Below, one piece after another: positions 55,301-64,000 of a DNA stretch of 64,000 nucleotides. The position numbers and the translations under genes are program-made. Source of the stretch: Leidyana gryllorum EB-2025a (taxonomy: Eukaryota > Protista > Apicomplexa); contig JBLWGC010000082.1 of NCBI GenBank assembly GCA_048772705.1, positions 62,001 to 126,000 of the forward strand, given 5' to 3'. Positions within the stretch are counted from its first letter, which is position 1. The number at the start of each line of letters is the position of its first letter. The notes under the pieces were generated by a model. The model did not search any database and was not told the origin of the DNA. It saw only the letters and a list, made by a program, of their open reading frames with translations.

Positions 55301-55526
55301 CATCTGCATCCGCCGTATTGGTAGCAAGTGGTACAGCTTTATGAGGTGGTCCGCCTTTCTTGGGAAACTTGGCCATAGCCTTGAGCGGAAGTTTGCCTCC
55401 AGGCGCTTTCATGGGGCTTTTGATCAGAGCCTTTCCCTTCATAAGGGGCACACCCCCCTTGAGGGGTGGCCCCTTGCGCATAGCGAGTTTCTTGGCCGGA
55501 ACGGCAGCAGTAGATATGGTCTCCAT
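49317..55526 (-). CDS. 2069-aa low-complexity acidic / Pro-Ser-Thr-rich protein of unknown function
   Basis: Uninterrupted 6.2-kb ORF. K/G/P-rich N-terminus, E/P/T-rich middle, His/Gln patches, LLALPxPP x3 and PLQSTSV x3. The extreme C-terminus may be spliced. Confidence 0.85.
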   Translation of the reverse strand: METISTAAVPAKKLAMRKGPPLKGGVPLMKGKALIKSPMKAPGGKLPLKAMAKFPKKGGPPHKAVPLATNTADADDLSTPVHRSVPSGPPPKISDHELEPQDDDDRIAPPNIEVGPVDKEQEDQKSLTEDKSRATPMVGEDTHQIPPPLDETPPTPSGTTTEDSPAREGSPVSAEGDTPPATLVTPAVEETPVIAEPLGAAPPLDEEPKLVQPASTVKETTLNATEKSPKPEPSEKKVDVPPTHETPITSPPHDDHLAHKEVEGQTAIETLPHGSEESLPSPPEAEKKVVEQQSSEQSSEQSSAELPAPTPVAAEAETPVVQQEESAEAPPQADVSATKAESPPAAAEERPQVTPESGISEDMAPTVVDATPTTQEGQTEPVEEKAAELIEATEVTAGLAAETAAETAVETAEERKKSSAERVLEDGEESDGDGVEGSNDRKAMIEMMAEVTGSGDSRSEAVESARAPVDAVESVRTPEKAEESARVLVEEVVEKGSEEVVAAPEETRERETASAPPRSVEETAPPAGGAVETTGQMVEETVASPDDREGTEESSSSSSRSVDDFESMRPLEEASPRPANPIPSLVETASVTGASLSPMPSGRTAKVLPRNAVSESSSLEYSSPLPTIRDAATSSPDQPSMDEGTPRPPDLTQSTSSALAVTESLTSPTRSAEHVAEANIPEAVVEEDGVDDEEVSSVVSPVTDIIVEELNEDDMMGTGNTTGLEEDDRRMTSSEYVSESLAPAGSMNELQMYPEETTVIVSPSSPQTVVVDGIVSTEGYHGTASGPQYEDTATESEGRDIAYSPPDEDRSFSGPPEAESYEEVDTSKLPRNKESEQQLTGLQILSILRAKVPGLTPRETTDEEIDDDDHHVDTEHQYPHTVSRYKVENALSDMPPATDENLADSSAYTSESMAAYHAQLQHHLHYDRHGDQDREDMMEEDDEDARDHHRHDDSRLEDERHHQLQQHPHPHHHQQQPPAEDRRGHETEGDESGQGVENLIAVVIGLESERSTGPHFPETSAHVMSASHERQQSINPVATVSQMQIINPAALEITLEAQQAQEDEHAMAEATALPPIDDTTDPKPMPNVTHPSHQTWQQNEAARHFSHDVAQVQDVILSQVDDNIGHQETAEPVGEESEEATDFETTTEDTEEEFEVAQVASVPEHPSPLPIPTYAGGALSYPMMDLKDNDHSVTVSMPISSSGPMTHEAGGEGKETDSYYYHSVPVSVPISTTYATVETRESDHHSIPLSVPISTSNSMTYPTQMEMRDSDAMMPVEPGATSYSAAAGLHLEHSSYNASCPPPSYGLAAASAVVEMDENDQQENEPIIHPIKVHYVEDQQWQNISYWEPQSLQRPPTIDELPPPTSYTVPVGNPVPMAPAIAPTSSINYNFYPTSQQSQTQIHQSQPQLQLHQSISPPPAPQPQSYTDSWMTSSTLSPSPSPSPAPAPASTTQTTFEEGWSASVVAPQPSTTSYPQSSWVPPATPAANESVLQREFSTGQAMWNNGPDIRTTNDCSTGSEWTSTPADSSRDLNGPVSSHWIGSTPGGVEGGWWSQVGSDAFNVSFRPHIPSPSPPPPPMPPHQLSWAQSQSQPLPLPPQPQPQPQTLAAHTQYAAQTELPPRRIVASPPPPLHTFTQSSQPVPSVKTTTIAPMVTFLTPTMSHQQPPAVPYVNNQHALRDEEEETEESSSSSTSSASSSYTTSSSSHAVGGGMVGPRPLLALPAPPLPVSSTSVPLQSTSVPLQSTSVPLQSTSVPLQSHWQSHSQTSVSTPLPSPTPAAASASQHVSSTSPPPPLLALPAPPTPSTVPPSPGTPTGTAPAPLPPAPLLALPPPPPSPGTVSVSHQEYPGAVFSSPYVQSSPAELGRLKVAAPVVVSSTTTGGTATHQWVQSSAVAASASAVVPAATANALTASASASAGGKQSTALVGADAAVAKADPFVSTTTVHPASGTTSYTIRPSPLAAAVAAAIEKSAAAEAKVIERGASSSSKARRRRNNNAPQSRSQPVTARGNNNEKPIQSALAVPGSARKHHQFESNVWQCDRRSKQCTENVRAFFEDKGKSNRWSCEC

Positions 55527-55719
55527 TTAACGAAAAAGTGGCCTACGAACTCATCCGACCTTTGGGGTTTTTTGGCCTTTTAGTATCAAGGCCGATCTGA
55601 GGGGAATGAGTCTGTGTTCAGCCAGTTAGAATTGCTTGAGGTGTTGGGTATCGCAGTCGAGCTCCTCCTCGCACACAGACATGCCGTGTTTTTGGTAAAG
55701 AACATTAGTGAGAATTGAA

Positions 55720-57382
55720 ATGCCTCCACGAGCGACAGCGAACCGCCGAAGCCGAGGTGCAGCAGTGGCTGGTGGGCGCGGGGGGCGCCGTCCCCGCCGA
55801 CCTCAGTATGTCAAGGTGGAAGAGGAAGTCCGCGAAACGCGCACCTCTGATGCCGAGACGGCTGATCACACGCCGACCACTCGCCCCACGACTCCATCAG
55901 CCCCTGTCGACGACATAGAGTTGATCGCAGTGGAGACCGTCAGTGGCATACGATACTACGCAGCCCCTGAAGGATCGTCCCGGAAAGCCACTGCTTCTCG
56001 GCCGTCAACAGCCGCTACCGCTCAAACTCAAAACCAGCGCCGATCTGATCGTGACGAGCTCGTCGCCATAACTCTGCCACAGCCAGGGACTGGATGCCAG
56101 CGACTCGAGATTGGACCTGATGCAGTCAATGTGCTCGCTTGTTCTCAATTCCTCTCTGCCGAAGAGGCACCCGTTCTACGAGAGGAACTTCTAGCCAAAT
56201 TGGACTGGAAGTCTCACGAAATCGTGTACAAAGGCCGCCCAGGAGTTGAACCGCGTCAAACATGCTGTTTTACTCGTATTCTCACCATCAACAACAACAA
56301 CAACGACGACACTTCCACCACCACGTCCGACCTTATCGACTATCAGTACTCTGGACATTCTCATCTGGGCCAACCTGTAAGCACTCCAGTTGTTCCCACC
56401 GTAAAAATCACGCCCAGATGCCCGACTTCCTGGCACCACTGATCGATAAGGTTGAGGAACTACTCGCCGCCAATGGAACCATCCCCGCTACTAAACACTT
56501 CAACTATATTCTTTGCAGCCATTATCGAAATGGACGTGATTATGTTGGGTGGCACTCGGATGATGCCACCGTTCTAGAGGGACCTTCTGCTATGGGTATG
56601 ACAACGTAACTCCACGTCTCCCCTTCTTCTTGGTACATTTCCTCATATCTGGCACCCTTCTGATCGATTCACTGTCATAATTTGTTCGGATGCCATGGGA
56701 AGCGATCCCATCTCTGGTTCCGCAGTTGTGTGGTGCTTCTGTGGTGGTTCTGTGTGCCCGCGTGTGTGTGTGCCCGCGTGTGTGTGTCTCCGTGTGTGTG
56801 TCTGTGTCTCCGTGTGTGTGTCTGTGCCCGCGTGTGTGTGTCTGTGTCCCTCGACCTGCGTGGCACCCATCGATAACTCTCTCTGTTTCTCTCTCTACTG
56901 GCACTCTGCCTCTGTGTCTCCCCCTACGCTGTGTTTCTCTCCCTACTGGCACTCTGCCTCTGTGTCTCCCTCCCCCTAGGCTCTGGGTCTCTCTCTTTGC
57001 ACGTGTCAGTTTGGGTCCCTCTCTGTCGACGCGGTATGTTAATTTGTTGGTTGCAGTTACATTGGGAGCACAACGTGACATTCTGATGCGGACGCGAAAG
57101 CTAACAGGTGCTTTGGCGACTCGTGTGGACCCAGCTGTGAACGAAGAGCGTAAGGAGTGCGATGGGTGTGTTTGTTTAACTAAATTTGTGGGTGCAGATA
57201 CCCGGCTTGGGGGTCGGGGTGTGCGTATTTCAGCTGGCGATGGGGACCTTATAGTGATGGATCGGCTGTCGCAATTGTTGTATAGGCATTGTATGCCCCG
57301 GCGCCGTCCTTTGAGCGAGCCCCGACTCTTAATCATACTTCACCGAATAGTCCCTGCAGCGCCAGCAGCAACCTCAGCTTAG
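55720..57382 (+). CDS. AlkB-family 2OG-Fe(II) dioxygenase (ALKBH2/3-like), multi-exon
   Basis: LDW..EPRQ, YQYSG, FNYILCSHYRNGRDYVGWHSDD (HxD), VTLGAQR, GDLIVM..QLLYRHCMP (distal His). Confidence 0.85.
56740..57000 (+). repeat. Intronic (GT)n/(CT)n compound repeat
   Basis: cgtgtgtgtgt(c/g) units plus a duplicated ctactggcactctgcctctgtgtctccc, inside the roughly 460-nt intron 56596-57056. Confidence 0.85.
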
Positions 57383-57411
57383 CCCGTTTTTTCGTCTTTG
57401 TGCAGAGGAGG

Positions 57412-60400
57412 ATGGCAACGCCCTCCCTGCACGCCATTACCAACGCACTTTTGCAGCCGCACAAGATTCGTAATGTATGCGTCATAGCTCACGTTGACCA
57501 CGGTAGGCGCCGCCGCTCTCCAATGCGCCTATGAGCTTCTGCCAGGAAAAACCTCACTTTGTGACCACCTGATTGCGAGCAATGGGTATCTCAGCAAACG
57601 CAGCGCCGGGACTGCGCGTTTCATGGACGCCCGGGAGGACGAGCAGAACCGTATGATTACCATCAAGTCCTCGGCCATACCGCTGGTGCATAAGAAGGGG
57701 TCGGAGGAGTATTTGGTGAATCTCGTTGACTCCCCGGGCCACATAGACTTCTCCGTGGAGGTCTCTGCAGCGGCGCGGCTCTGCGACGGTGCCCTTTTGG
57801 TAGTGGACGTGCTGGAGGGATTCCAGAGTCAGTCTCGAATGGTGATGCGTCAAGCCTGGAAGGAGGGTTTGGCGCTCATTCTGGTGCTGTCTAAGATGGA
57901 CCGGTTGGTCACAGAGGCGCGCCTATCGCCCACCGAGATTTACCGTCACGTTCGCGATTTGCTCGAAAATGTCAACGCGTATCTGCATCAGTGCGTCTCT
58001 GATACTATGAGCACTGATGACGTCGATGAGATTGATGAAGTGGTCCAGGCCAAATCGTTCTCCCCTGACAAAGGCAATGTGATATTCGCCTCCGCTGTGC
58101 ACGGATGGGCCTTCACAATGGCACACTTTGCCGATGCGCTCGCGTCCAGAATCGCAGCCTCCAACGAGAAAAATGGGGCACCCGTAAAGGACGTCCCCGG
58201 TTTGGCCAAGAAACTGCAGAAAGCATTCTGGGGAGACTATTATCTCGACCTCAAAACCGGACAGGTACTCTCTGCCAAGAAAATGCGAGAACACTCCTCC
58301 AACAAAACCTCCTCCTCCTCCTCCTCCTCCTCCAAGTCAAACATTGCGTGTCAATACGTATTCCAACCCTTAGTCGAGGTGAGACACTCTCTTTCTCCCC
58401 CTCTCATCCGTCGTCCCCCTTCAGATCTATTCCATTGTTGACAAATCTCCCGATGTGGCAATGGTCCGACGAGTTTTGACCCGTCTCGGTGGTGTTCCCG
58501 AGAGTGAATTAAGTGACCGAAACATTGAGTATATGATCAAAAAGGAGACGGCTCTCCCGGGCCTGATGATGGCCGCCTGGACTCCCTGCGCCCGAAACTG
58601 TTTGGATTGTATCGTCGACCACGTCCCGAGTCCTATTGCCGCGTTGCCACACAGAGTCGCACAGTTCGGTGGCTCAAATGCACTCGAAACTATTGAGAAG
58701 AGTCAAGTCATATATATCGCCAAATCTATGAGCGCCGATCTCAAAGCCCTCCGCCTAACCGGAGACAAACTCCACGGCAGGGAGAACCTCACGGATTTTG
58801 TCGGCTTTGGCCGAGTCTTCAGCGGTAACCTCGCCAAAGGCGACTACCTATGTGTATGTGATCACTCACACGAGGAGGGAGCGGCCGCCGATACTGAGAC
58901 TGAGCGAGACGGAGAGCGAGACGGAGACGGAGAGCGAGACGGAGACGGAGAGCGAGAGGGAGACGGAGACGGAGACAGAGACACTGTGCCGCCCCGGCCC
59001 GCCAGCAAACGTATCATTGTCAGGCAACTCTTTGTGCCTGCGGGAATGGATCTTCTCCCGGTCAATGAGGTCGGGACGGGCGCTATCGTCGCTTTGGGCT
59101 TCTCGTTCCCTGGAGACAAGGAGGAGGAGCGCTCCACTGACGAAACAGCAGCAGCGGCAGCCGTCCGAGAGACGGATACAAAGTCTCTCTTTGAGCGGTC
59201 CGTTCAATCAACAGCAGACTGGCTGCTGCATCTGCGGACGCAGCACAAAAGTGTCTCATTCGAGCTCTCCGGCGGCGGCTCGAAGGATACAGAGCTCGTT
59301 GGGTTCAATCCGGTCGACCGATGTGTCACTCTGAGCAGTGATGCGTCTCTGAACCCATTCGACTCTGTTTATCGGAGACACACCGCTGGGATGCTAAGGT
59401 TCGGAGTGTCTCCCCAACAACTCTCGGACTGGCCCGCTTTCATGCGGGGATTGGCCTTACTGTACAGAGCCGATCCAGCCGTGCATGTGGACATTCTCGA
59501 GAGCGGAGAGTTTATTCTGTGTTGTCAAGGCCAAGTTCACGCCGAGAGAGCAGTTCAAGACTTGAATCAGTTGTACTGCCCCGAGATCAAACTCAAAGTA
59601 ACCCCACCGTTGATAGCCCTCCGCGAAACGATACTGGACCCCCCGCCCAATCTCAAGTTGTCTGCTGCCACTTTGGCACTCGCGTTCCCGCCCTGGGCTT
59701 CACCGGGAGGTCAACCAGCACCGTCTCCGACGGCTGGTGGAGCTCTACCGGTGCCAAGTGACTCGGCTGCCGTCGGCTCTCTGGTGGGTGTGGGGCGCAG
59801 TGGGAATATGGCGGTCAAGGTCACAGCTCGTCCAATGCCGCATGCTGCGATCAAGTGGATGGACGCTGCTGTCGAACCGCTTTTCGCTGCATTCCATGAC
59901 CATCGGATCATAACGTCCTGTTTCCAATGGCTGCAGAGCTCTGCTGCTGCCCCGTCTACTGCTACTGGCGCGAGTGCTGGCGTTGGCACTGATGCGACCA
60001 CCAAAACCCCCACAATCTCCGAGATTCAAGATGCGGCCAAAGCCAAGTTGCATCCGCTGTTAGAAGAATCGCTGACGTCTTCAACAACAACCAAAGGGCA
60101 CTCCTCTTTCTCTGCCGCCGACTGCTCTCTCTCCTCAATATGTGTCGCTGGAGACTCGCGTACCGTTTTGTACATTGACCAGTCGGTTGAGGTGAACAGT
60201 CTCAGTCAAGCGGCAATGACTGCTATTGTGAGTGGGTTCCAGAGTGCCAGTCGAGTGGGACCGTTCTGTGATGAGGCCGTACGCGGCGTTGTGTTCATTG
60301 TGACCTCTGTCTCGACAGCCGCGAATCCAAAAGAGCCCCACACGAGCCCATCCGACTTGTTGACCACCACCACGGCGCCGGCCGGCAAAGGCAGCACCAC

Positions 60401-61094
60401 GCAGGATGACGAGGACATTGAAGCTCGCAGTTACTGCAGCTCCTCTGTGTATACAACGGCCAATCTGGGAGTTCTGATCGGTTGTACCCGATCAGCGTGT
60501 CGATCAGCCATGGAGATCCGTGGAGCTCCACGAATATTCGAGCTGATGCTCAATCTGGAATTGGTTTGCGATGAGTCCTCTCTGGGAAAAATCCACGGAC
60601 TCCTCGCCCAGAAAAGAGCTCAGGTCCTCCAGGAGGATATGGACGAGAGGACTCTCGAGTTCCGACTCATCGCCAAGATACCCAGTACCGAGACCTGGGA
60701 CCTCGCTGCTGAGCTCAGGAGACGCTCAAGCGGGAAGGCGAGTGTCACCTTCAGTGTTGAGGGTTGGGAGCTCAACCTGCAGGACCCATTCCCAGAGGCA
60801 ATCATCACAGAAGAGGTGAGAACGCCACACAAGGTGGACTCTTCTCTTCATCATTCTGTTTGTCAACCTTAGGAGGAGGAAGAGGATGGGACCAATCTCG
60901 GTGTGACTGCCACTCAGAATGTGCCGAGGACTCTCATCTTAGCCGTTCGGAAACGAAAGGTAATTGCGACTTTGTTTATCGGCTGTAATCTTTTATGCCT
61001 ATCTGCTGGGCTGCTGCTATAGGGTCTCGCTACTGGTGAGAAAATCATGACTGAGGGAGCCGACAAGCAGAGGACGTTGGGAAGATCAAAGTAA
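57412..61094 (+). CDS. EFL1: Elongation factor-like GTPase EFL1/RIA1 (multi-exon)
   Basis: IRNVCVIAHVDHG|KTSL, ARFMDAREDEQNRMITIKSS, NLVDSPGHIDFSVEVSAAARLCDG, LLYRADP, GPFCDEAVRG, WELNLQDPF, C-terminal KQRTL. Confidence 0.92.
58893..58982 (+). repeat. Coding hexamer repeat (GAGACG/GAGAGC) giving a D-G-E-R insertion in EFL1
   Basis: ERDGERDGDGERDGDGEREGDGDGDRD. Confidence 0.85.
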
Positions 61095-61253
61095 ACAACG
61101 CTTCCAATTAGAGGTGGCGAACTTCTCTCCGCCTCCTCCTTTCATCAACCCGCTTACCTCCTTGAGAGAAAGTCCGGCTCATCTTTCTGCGTGCGTCAGG
61201 AATGTGGAATGTGTGTGGGGGTGTGGGGTCGCTGAGAGAGAGAGAGACTCGTC

Positions 61254-64000
61254 TCAAACCGCTTCAACGCCGGTGGGCGGAGACTCCTCCTCCAAAACGG
61301 GCAAATCCAACTCCACAACCACTTCACCCTGTTCCATGTCTCCTTCGGTAGTCACTGCGGCATCTTCAACAACCATTGGATGGTGATGATGATGTTCGTT
61401 AGAGTCAACAACCTCGGGCTCGGGCTCTGGAACCGCTGATTGGTGGTGCTGCGACTCAGCCATCTCCTGTTGATGCTGCTGCTCTTCCTCCAGCTGCTGT
61501 TGATGCTGGTGGTGGTGATCACTCTCATCGTGCATCTCGGGGTGGTGCTGGAGTTGCTCAGAGTGACTGAACGTCGGCGACCCCCCGAGTTCGTCTCCCG
61601 CCTCAGCTCGAACTTGCTCAATATCAGCCGGCGAGCCCAGTTGCTCTGAGGGCGGCGGTGAGGCAGTCTCGTCGTCAAACATAACGCAGCGCACGGAAGT
61701 GCGATGCAGTGCATCCAGATGGGCCGCCACAGACCGAGCGAAGGGTGAAACCATACCCAAATGTGTATTATACCCTCCTTCCATGACTGAGACTGCACAT
61801 CCGACATTATTCAAGAAATGTTGCTGAAATAGAAAAGAGTCTGCTCACCTATGCGCCCTCGGCAAAGTATATTGGCTGCGATGATAAGCTGTCGCGTTAA
61901 CCACATAAAGTCGTGTTCAGAAGCCTTTTGGAAACCGGACCCCATCCCATCGTATGCGTGCCCGTCAAAACCGGCCGACAGCAAGATCAAGTCTGGAAGG
62001 CACTTTTATATGGGAAAGAGAACGTAGGACTCGGTGGGCTCACCAGGCTTGAACTCCAGCAGGGCAGGGATGATTTGATCTGAAAACGCTTGACGAAACT
62101 CACTAACTTGCTGATCCATGGATATAGGACAGTTCAGAATCACCGGATTGTCTTCCCTGCAAGCTGCTCCAGTGGCTGGATAGAATTCACCATCGAACCC
62201 TGTGTGTGTGGAAAGAGACACGTTTTGACAATCGATCGATCGATCTTTGACACTCACCATGTACTGAAGCAAACATAACGTTTTCTGCATCGTGTTCATC
62301 CCGCCAGATCTTCCATCGATCATATTCAATGACTGATTGCATATTCAGCTCGAAAGGAGCCGATGCTTTTAACTGCGAAGGGCGGCGGGTGTATATGTGA
62401 GAGTTTGCTCCCCCCCCGAGGCGGCTCACCTTGATGGTGGCTTTGGTACGGCCCAGATTGCGGACAATCTGTTCCGTACCATTGCCGTGATGGACGTCAA
62501 AGTCCACAATGGCTATGCGGTTGATGCCGAAAGGCGCATAGTGGTATCGTGCATAGGCTGCCCCTATGGCTACGTTGTTCAGAAGGCAGAAACCAAGAGA
62601 GCCCAGTCTGTTTAGAGTGTGTGTAAATGGCGGATGGGGGAGCGTTTGGGCGCTTACGATGTATCAGATGCCAGGACGTCGCCCCCGGTTTCCGGAGAGC
62701 TGACGCCTGGATGAGCTGCCCCCGCAGTGCCAACATGGTGACCTGGTGGTCTTATAACGCAGAAGGCATTACGTACACGGCCTTCACATACTGCCCGGAT
62801 GGCTTCTAGCACTGTGCCCGCGGCCGCTGCGGCCGCGATGAAAGTCTGTGGTGTCACCCCGGTATCATCATCTATTTTGACTGGTGTGAAGGGCGTGGCA
62901 GGAGTAGCCTGAAGAAGGGCCTGTTCAGCCTCTTGACACTTCCGCTTTATATATTGAATGTAGCCTGGGTCATGTACCCGGAGTATATCGGCTAGACAGG
63001 CAGGTGGTGAGATATACTGCCAGGAACAAGTCTCAAATCGTGGCAATCTAAGAATCCCGCTTGTGGGGTTGAGGAGGACGTGGAGCCTTGAGGGGTTCTC
63101 TGGGTACACAGCAGCCCACTCGGCGGGCTTTCCTGCGTCGTGTGGTTCAGGTAGGTTCAGGTGCAATTCGCAATCAGGATGAGTGAACACTCCTGTAAGA
63201 GCTGCAGGTGCTTCCATAGCAGACTGAAAGGTCGTGTCATCCACACTATAAGCATCTCCGTCATCGATGGCTCGCCGGAACGTCTCCAAGAACTCCGGCC
63301 CGAACCCTACGGACTCCGAGTACCCCGCCAGCACCTGTGGACAACAAAGAACAACAGCGGTCAACCCGTCAACCCGTCGCCGCTGCTTACCTCGAACTCA
63401 TCAGTTGAAAAGTCAGGCGCTTGTTTCACGATCGCGAACAGGACTTTCCAGGCGCCCCATTTGACGCACTCTCGTATGACAGAGACGACGAGGTCGGGAG
63501 ATAAATTCTGACGTCGCAAACGCTCAAAGACGGCGAGAACTGTACTCGGCTCGCGAGACATTACTCCAGCGACAATAACGGGGTCTCCGTTGATCGTCCG
63601 TGCTGAGGCATCGGCACCCGCCAGAAGCAGAAGCTTCACCAATGTCGTCGCGCCTAATTGGGTGAGACGCCAAAGCACCGTCGCGCCTGCAAAGTGGGCA
63701 GAGTAACTGCGAGTGGCGGCCGGAGACCGAACCGATCCTTACCAAAGTAGTCCGAGACTTCGAGGTCGACCTCGTCGAGGGAGTGTTCTGAGAGCGTGAG
63801 TGGTTCGCCGTTGTAGTTCAAGCTGAGCATAACAGATTCGGCTTTGGCCAAAACCTGTGACACTGTGGGGTCGAGGGCGCTTTCGCGGTCTCGGAGTAAA
63901 GAGAGGTTCTTTCTTAACTTGGGCCGGAGAATCAGGGCGTAGACTACTGCCACTCGTTCCTCCACCTCGGGGGACACACACACAGACTTGAGCGGGAGGT
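61254..64000 (-). CDS. Class II-type histone deacetylase with N-terminal ankyrin-like repeat (multi-exon; 5' end outside window)
   Basis: PENPSRL, NAFCVIRPPGHH, GFCLLNNVAIGA, DFDVHHGNGT, FYPATG, SAGFDGH, EGGY; upstream VKLLLLAGADASARTINGD; acidic His/Gln tail. Confidence 0.9.

Noticed and set aside
56590-57336. HT/VC-repeat ORFs on both strands
   Set aside because: Translations of an intronic (GT)n repeat; only the 3' part of the + frame is the real AlkB exon.

Overview
Compact, intron-containing eukaryotic genomic DNA. Introns are short GT-AG, mostly about 40-80 nt. The gene content (ankyrin-repeat HDAC, alveolin-like V/Q/P repeat protein) suggests an alveolate or apicomplexan-like protist, but that is inference. 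Bases 0.4-15 kb hold a tandem array of five intronless, signal-peptide-bearing GH97 (SusB-like) glycoside hydrolase genes, a family known mainly from bacteria. Three copies keep the inverting-type catalytic glutamates and show patchwork gene conversion. Two have lost those glutamates and instead carry an acidic residue at the position of the retaining-type nucleophile. A bacterial-type CinA/PncC gene lies head-to-head with the array. Bases 16-38 kb are very densely packed housekeeping genes (RPN2, GT31, PIG-F-like, DDX10, RluA/RPUSD, ATG3, TAM41, NUP54, a CUE-metacaspase with a putative TM tail, ribophorin I), some separated by only 1-60 nt. Bases 38.5-47 kb are a gene-poor island with two recent direct duplications of orphan secreted/membrane ORFs and a hairpin-bounded micro-inversion. 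Bases 47-64 kb encode a divergent DCAF7-like WD40 protein, a 2069-aa low-complexity protein, an AlkB-family dioxygenase, EFL1 and a 5'-truncated ankyrin-HDAC. No rRNA, tRNA, CRISPR array or recognisable transposase was seen. All family calls come from motif recognition by eye, and exon boundaries are manual estimates.
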